DNA of 59,000 nucleotides from Octopus bimaculoides (lineage: Eukaryota): positions 132,671,979-132,730,978 of the forward strand of contig NC_068981.1 of NCBI RefSeq assembly GCF_001194135.2, read 5' to 3'. Under the pieces are notes generated by a model, which was given only the letters and a program-made list of their open reading frames with translations, was not told the DNA's origin and searched no databases. Position 1 is the first letter of the stretch, and each line of letters starts with the position of its first letter. Shown here in pieces: positions 52,905 through 59,000 of this stretch. The translations under genes and the position numbers were made by a program.

Positions 52905-53245
52905 TGTTATCACGTACGAGGAGTACTCCGTCGGTTACGACGACGAGGGTCCCAGCTGATACGATCAACGGAACAGTCTGCTCGTGAAATTAACGTGCAA
53001 GTGGCTGAGCAATCCACAGACACGTGTACCCTTAACGTAGTTCTCAGGGAGATTCAGCGTAACACAGAGTGTGACAAGACCGGCCCTTTGAAATAGAGGT
53101 ACTACTCATTTTTGCCAACTGAGTGGACTGGAGCAACGTGAAATAAAGTGTCTTGCCCAAGGACACAACGCGTCGCCGGGAATTGAACTCACGACCTTAC
53201 AATCGCGAGCCGAATGCCCTAACCACTAAGCCACGCGCCTTCACT
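52905..53245 (-). mobile_element. tRNA-derived SINE (third head type) sharing the OR-like 3' tail
   Basis: Head ggcgcgtggcttagtggttagggc..gagttcaattccc; body ttgggcaagacactttatttcacgttgctccagtccactcag. Same head at ~20226, 21050, 39185 and 49370 (+). Confidence 0.8.
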
Positions 53246-53389
53246 ACCACATACAAAAGAACATCTTTTAGTTTAATATTTCTGAGAAGAAAAGAAAAAA
53301 ACCCAAACTAAAAGGCAAAACATCAAACTTTAAACCCGACATTCTTCTCATCGCATATTTGCATTGTTCTTCTCGATGACATACATTAT

Positions 53390-53830
53390 CAGGGTAGGCA
53401 ACTCGTCTCAACATCACTAACGCCGGTTGTAGTACTCAAGCAGGTGGTTCTGCTAGAACTCACCGTTCCCTGGGATGATCGTATCGAAGAGGCAAATGAA
53501 AGTGAGAGACGGATATATACTGATCTAGTGGGACTATACCAATGAAAAGGGTGCCCAGCAAGGCGTGATCCTCTTGATTTGGGATGCAGAGGGTTTGCAG
53601 ACCAGTAAGTGGAAGGTCATCACGATGGAGGTGAAGACAACAGAGGTTACTTCAAAGTGACTGAGAGTCGAGAGGAGCGGGCCCAGGAAGGGGCAGTACT
53701 ACCAGGAGTAGGACAAACTGGACACAAGCTGGGGTTTGATTAACTCCAGCTGGTTCGCCTGGGTGAAGGTATCTGATGTAAAAGGCCCAAAGCGCCTAAT
53801 GACCTCAGGAAACATCACAAGATGATGTAT
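53390..53830 (+). mobile_element. 3' end of an RLE-type non-LTR retrotransposon (HERO/NeSL-like)
   Basis: In-frame TSLTPVVVLKQVVLLELTVPWDDRIEEANE...LGCRGFA resembles the restriction-like endonuclease motifs TSLRPD..LLELTVPWE..VGCRGF; followed by a GC-rich 3' UTR. Confidence 0.72.
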
Positions 53831-54179
53831 GGAAAAACAAGAGTAAATATACGAGACATGGCTCATTCATTGTTCTTTTCCTTTGTTTCATGTTTTACTT
53901 TATTACGGGATTCGATAATGAAACAGGATGAGCTTAACTCTTATCATCACCTATGATGTTTTTTAGACTATAAAAATAATTATTTATATTTCGCCAACAA
54001 TGGTATTTTGATTATGCTCCTTGTAATAACTGTTCACAGGGGTATGACACGAAAACACACACACACACACACGTATGTATGTATGTACGTACGTACGTTC
54101 ATATATATATATATATATATATATGTAGTGAAACTACCTATCGCCATTAGATACAAAACTGCTATCGCCATTCTTCTCA

Positions 54180-54368
54180 TTTAAATATAAACAAGCGCGG
54201 GCGTAGCGGAGAACCCATCTCCTTGTCATCACGTGACTGATTAATATTCGAAGCGGCAACTTCTTCGAACCGTTCCCGCCAGAACGCAAACTGACCAATC
54301 ACAGCCCTTAATAAGGTCACGTGATAGAGTATTTTTCTGATGTCTGGTGAGCCGATAATTCGCTATAA
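54180..54368. promoter_or_regulatory. CpG-rich promoter-like region with two TCACGTGA E-boxes and a CCAAT box
   Basis: TCACGTGAC 54229-54237, GTCACGTGA 54316-54324, CCAATCAC 54295-54302, TTCCCGCC 54273-54280; CpG density far above the flanks. Confidence 0.55.
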
Positions 54369-55284
54369 NNNNNNNNNNNNNNNNNNNNNNNNNNNNNNNN
54401 NNNNNNNNNNNNNNNNNNNNNNNNNNNNNNNNNNNNNNNNNNNNNNNNNNNNNNNNNNNNNNNNNNNNNNNNNNNNNNNNNNNNNNNNNNNNNNNNNNNN
54501 NNNNNNNNNNNNNNNNNNNNNNNNNNNNNNNNNNNNNNNNNNNNNNNNNNNNNNNNNNNNNNNNNNNNNNNNNNNNNNNNNNNNNNNNNNCCGCCGTCGC
54601 CACATCAGCAACACGAGTCTACGACTACTAACCAGCATCATCGTCATGACCAACACGATTCTACGATTACTACTAACCAGCATCAATCTCCACCAGCGTC
54701 TACACGACTTTCTATGTACACCAAACTAAACCACCGCGGCACATCTCTCTCTTCGATTCTGTTAGGTGACTCAGCTTCACCACGATAATAAACAGACAAG
54801 AGATTTCAGCCAGCGACGAACATCTTATACGGTTGTGGTCTTTCATTACTGGCTATCTATGTTATCGTAGTATAACATATCATGTATATCATCATTCGAT
54901 ATATTATTTTGTGTTCGACCGTGTGACGCGTTTAAATAAAAGGAGTCCTCTGTTTTTCCATTCGTCACCATTTCTCCTTTTTGAGTTCGTACGGTCGTTC
55001 TTACATATATATAGGTGGAAATGGATGCTTATGGCGTGCGACAATTTTACCGTTTATGTTGTGGCTCTCATTAGTAATTACATTAAACTTGCACTGTTGC
55101 GTGATCAAAAGGGGTTCTAGGTGGTCTGAGGTGTCCGGTTTTGATTATGTATGCTGTACATATAATTTACATCTATGGGTTACCTTTATAGTGAGACATC
55201 ATTTAATTACCAGATACTGAAACGTGTCACTGATGTAATAAAGGCATAAATACCAAGTTCACGCGAATAGTCTTTCTTTCATTA

Positions 55285-55700
55285 TGCGCGCGCGCACACA
55301 CACATACTCAGAAAGTGGGCCAAAAGTCATGCACAAAATAAGTTCAATAGGGCCTGTAATTATCAAAGCCATGCTTCAATTTTTCTAAGATTGAATAAAG
55401 TAAATAACGTCTCTCTATTTCTTTTTCTTCGGCTATATCAAGGACGCTGTGTTTGCAAAGAATCCGCATACACTTGATGAACTGTGTACGGATATTACTG
55501 ATATTGTCGAAAATATCCCACGTGAAGTTTTGATTAATGTGTTCCAGAACAAACGTCGTTGTGCTGACTTTTATCTACAACGTGGCGGCCAACGATTTCA
55601 ACACCTTTTGTAACCAGTTTGGCGTTGTAACTTTTAAACGAGCATTTTAATAAAAGTGGGTTTGTCCATAATATTGCACATTCTTTCTTTATAACTATTA
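55285..55700 (+). mobile_element. Tc1/mariner transposase C-terminal relic
   Basis: FFGYIKDAVFAKNPHTLDELCTDITDIVENIPREVLINVFQN...GGQRFQHLL* resembles the WGYLKxxVY..TLDEL..GGHFEHLL tail. Confidence 0.7.
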
Positions 55701-55734
55701 ATAAATACAATTGAGTCAACTTTTAAATTGAACA

Positions 55735-55780
<46 letters not shown>

Positions 55781-55869
55781 NNNNNNNNNNNNNNNNNNNN
55801 NNNNNNNNNNNNNNNNNNNNNNNNNNNNNNNNNNNNNNNNNNNNNNNNNNNNNNNNNNNNNNNNNNNNN

Positions 55870-55932
<63 letters not shown>

Positions 55933-56639
55933 GTGTGTGTGCGCGCGATAGTCTCATGTACAGTTTCGGTCTGTCAAAATCCACTCACAAGGCAAAGCAT
56001 TGGTCAACCAAAACTTAGTATAGAATACACTTATCACAGTGTTACACAATGGGTTCGAATCCGTGCCAAAGTGGTTGCGAAGCAAACTTCTTTTCCACGC
56101 TGCAATCTGCGTATAATATCAAATGCAATTAATTCATTTGCCGGGATTGAAAAACGGTAACTTCTGGTCCTGTATTAAAATTAACGAAGCCAGAAAAGTT
56201 GCTTGGGAGAACAATCTTAAATATATGCGTGTGTCTGTGTGTGTGCACGTATGTTTTATTAGGAGGACAGACGGACGGATAGACAGGGATAAAGAACCGA
56301 ACGGCTGTCTGTTTGTCATCATTTATTAGTCACTTGTCACATCAACCTGCGAACATTTGTATTAGAAACGCCTTTGAAGCCATGATAAGGCTACTAAAAC
56401 TGTAATACATTTGCCTTTTAATGGTGACAACAATGTGCACTCCCTGCACATGCAGAAAAACAACTAATACATTGGGCAAACATTATATTAGCAAAGATTA
56501 TATTGGGCAGAATTATATTGAGAAAACTTTATAATTGGCAAGCACAAGACTTGAAACAATCGGGAGACCCAGGCGTTACGCTGTTATATAAACACAGTTA
56601 AATGAATATACAGTAGTTAGTCGCAATGTTTAAAGCTCT

Positions 56640-57032
56640 GTCTGTCTGTCTGTCCTCTCTTTCTCTCTCTCTCTTCTCTTCTCTTTTCGTCTCTTTTCTC
56701 TATATTCCTTTCACTATCTTCATCAATATCTTTCTTTGTTCCCTTCTCTCTCGTCGACTTTTCTCGAATCCATGCTCTCATTCTCTCTCTCTTTCTCTTT
56801 CTCTCTCTCTCTCTGTCTCTCTCTCTCTCTGTCTCTCTCTCTCTCTGTCTCTCTCGTATCTGTATCTGTATTTCTCTCTGTCAACCCCGTTTCTCTTTCT
56901 CTATTTCTTTCTCTCTCTCTCCTTGAACGTCACTCTCACACACACACACACACAGATACACAAACATGCACAAACACACATGCAAACACACATACACGCA
57001 CACGTACACAAACACAGACACGCAAATACACA

Positions 57033-57105
<73 letters not shown>

Positions 57106-57163
57106 NNNNNNNNNNNNNNNNNNNNNNNNNNNNNNNNNNNNNNNNNNNNNNNNNNNNNNNNNN

Positions 57164-57229
<66 letters not shown>

Positions 57230-57275
57230 CACACAACACATACCCACATACATACACGTATGCACATATACATGC
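56640..57275. repeat. (CT)n followed by (CA)n microsatellite complex
   Basis: Direct inspection; source of the spurious SL/HT/CV ORFs. Confidence 0.95.
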
Positions 57276-57465
57276 AGTTGTCTGCCGGGTCGATTCACTC
57301 AACTGTTTTGAGTAAACCTGCCCTTAATCCTTTTGGTTGGATCTGTATACAACATTTTACACCTGCTGATGCAGCTGTTATCTTTTCATTGCACTAAGCA
57401 TCTAAGCATCCTGTTTTTACAACTAAGACACATATGCTACACTAAACACTATACTGCCCTACATA

Positions 57466-58829
57466 TAGGGTATTCGGGTAAAATTTGATGACTTTTTTTC
57501 AGGAACAGCTTGATATATTGGGAACAGTCAGCGACGTTTGAGAGCCTAAAGTTTAAAGTTGAAGTTAAGAAAAAGTTACTTGACATGGAAGATTGGAAGC
57601 CATTTGAATATTGGAAAACAGTTACCTGTATCATGATGATTCGCGCCTGGTATCAAACTGCCGACATCGTGACTGCTGCTCAATGCTCTGTGAACACTGT
57701 GAAGGCTGTAAGACATGACAGGGACAGATGCAACGAAGCCGTGACCAGCGGGAAGGGACACAGCAGGCATTCTGACTGCGTCCGTATGTCGGTATTCACT
57801 CAACAGCTGCAAGACAAGTTGATGGAAGATCCGAGTAAGGGAATCCGGGCTTTGGCGAGAGAGATGGGTGTTGGCCCTGAGAGAAATGGGTGTTGGCCCT
57901 GAGAGAGATGGGTGTTGGCCCTGAGAGAAATGGGTGTTGATCCTGAGAGAAATGGGTGTTGGCCCTGATGGGTGCTGGCTCTGAATAAGAACATTCGCTA
58001 CCGCTCGTATAAAAGGCGCAAGGGGCAAATTCTTAAAACTAAGGCCAAGGAGAACTGCTTGACGAAAGTAAAGTAGTCCTGGAACAAGCTGGGGCATCCT
58101 GTTGATCCAGGGATGATCAGGTTCTTCTCAGATGAAAAGAACTTCAAGGGCTAGTTGCACGACATCCAGAACAACAGATAGCTTGCATACAATTCATGTG
58201 ATATACCACGTGTCATGAAAACTAAGTTCCCTCAAATTGTGATGGTCTTTGGGCGTGTCTCCTGTGAGGGGGACGTCATGTCACCCCATATATATATAAA
58301 TAGGGTCTTAGACTCAAAAGGCTACGTGAAGCTACTGGAGATTGTGATCAAATTTTGGCTAAAGAGAGTTGCTGCTGGAAGTCCAAATATGTGACAACAG
58401 GATTCGTCCCCTTTCCATACCTTCGGAAAGAGGCAAATGTGGTTGTCGGTGAATTTCTACGACTTCGTCCGCCCTAATTTCTAGTCCCTCAATTCTCCCG
58501 ATTGTAATCCTATGCATTATTAAATGTGCGGCGAGGTTGAGAAAGACACCAACCGTTCTTCCCGCAACAGCAAGCCGGAGCTGGTGGCTAGGATCAAGGA
58601 AGTGTTCAAAGATCTTCTAGGGGTTACAGTGAGGAACGCATGCACCGGGTTCCGGAACCATCTTGTGGTCGTGCTGGAAGTTGAGGGCGGCTACTTTGAG
58701 TAAGCAGTTATGTCTGAGCCATAATCTAGTTGGTATTTTTTGATTTTATAAAATACTTTTATTTTGGGATAGGATATTGTGTTCTCTTTTATCTTTATGC
58801 AAATTATCAAATTTAGCCCGAAGATCCGG
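57466..58829 (+). mobile_element. Near full-length defective maT (DD37D) transposon
   Basis: TA-flanked ~26 bp imperfect TIRs (tagggtattcgggtaaaatttgatga / reverse complement ccggatcttcgggctaaatttgataa). Transposase remnants FFSDEK, VMVFG, QQDS..(37 aa)..SPDCNPMHY, with the third Asp changed to His and several stops. Confidence 0.9.
57860..57975 (+). repeat. 19-bp tandem expansion inside the maT transposase
   Basis: gagaga(a/g)atgggtgttggccct repeated about 6 times. Confidence 0.88.
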
Positions 58830-59000
58830 TACACACACACACACACTCACATACAGGAGCAGGCGTAGCTGTGTGGTAAAAAGCATGGCACCTTGGGCAA
58901 ATGTCTTCTACTATAGCCTCGGGCTGACCAAAGCCTTGTGAATGGATTTGGTAGGCGTAAACTGAAAGAAGTCCGTCATATATATATATATATATATATA

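Noticed and set aside
26676-53245. tRNA-like heads with A/B boxes at many positions
   Set aside because: They are SINE heads and do not fold into complete cloverleaves; not called as tRNA genes.
53770-53830. CTGATG in the HERO-like 3' UTR as a possible hammerhead
   Set aside because: No GAAA/stem III/NUH arrangement in this copy.
55190-55240. GAAAC-GT-GTC-A-CTGATG
   Set aside because: Elements are in the wrong order and there is no stem I or stem II.

Overview
AT-rich, repeat-dense animal genomic DNA with many assembly N-gaps and microsatellites. The SINE/LINE/MITE repertoire looks like octopus (coleoid cephalopod); this is inferred from repeat content, not a database search. The only well-supported gene is the 3' half of an L-type amino acid transporter light chain (SLC7/LAT family, most like LAT2/SLC7A8) on the + strand. 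It has six GT-AG coding exons (11026-11149, 11951-12054, 33270-33366, 40151-40300, 45258-45435, 49858-49922) that splice in frame to 238 aa plus a stop; its upstream exons lie outside the window. Most supplied ORFs are microsatellite or gap artefacts. The introns contain tRNA-derived SINEs, RTE/CR1/RLE LINE relics, mariner, maT, hAT and piggyBac-type transposons, and MITEs. The most notable unannotated signal is a set of type I hammerhead-ribozyme-like motifs from several unrelated, probably Penelope-like (PLE) repeat families. Three families occur as divergent inverted pairs, and one has a U3-A8 compensatory core. Other notable items are a tRNA-Arg/SINE-tail chimeric insertion, a Merlin-like MITE carrying telomeric repeats, and a CpG-rich promoter-like region with two CLEAR-type E-boxes near 54.2 kb.
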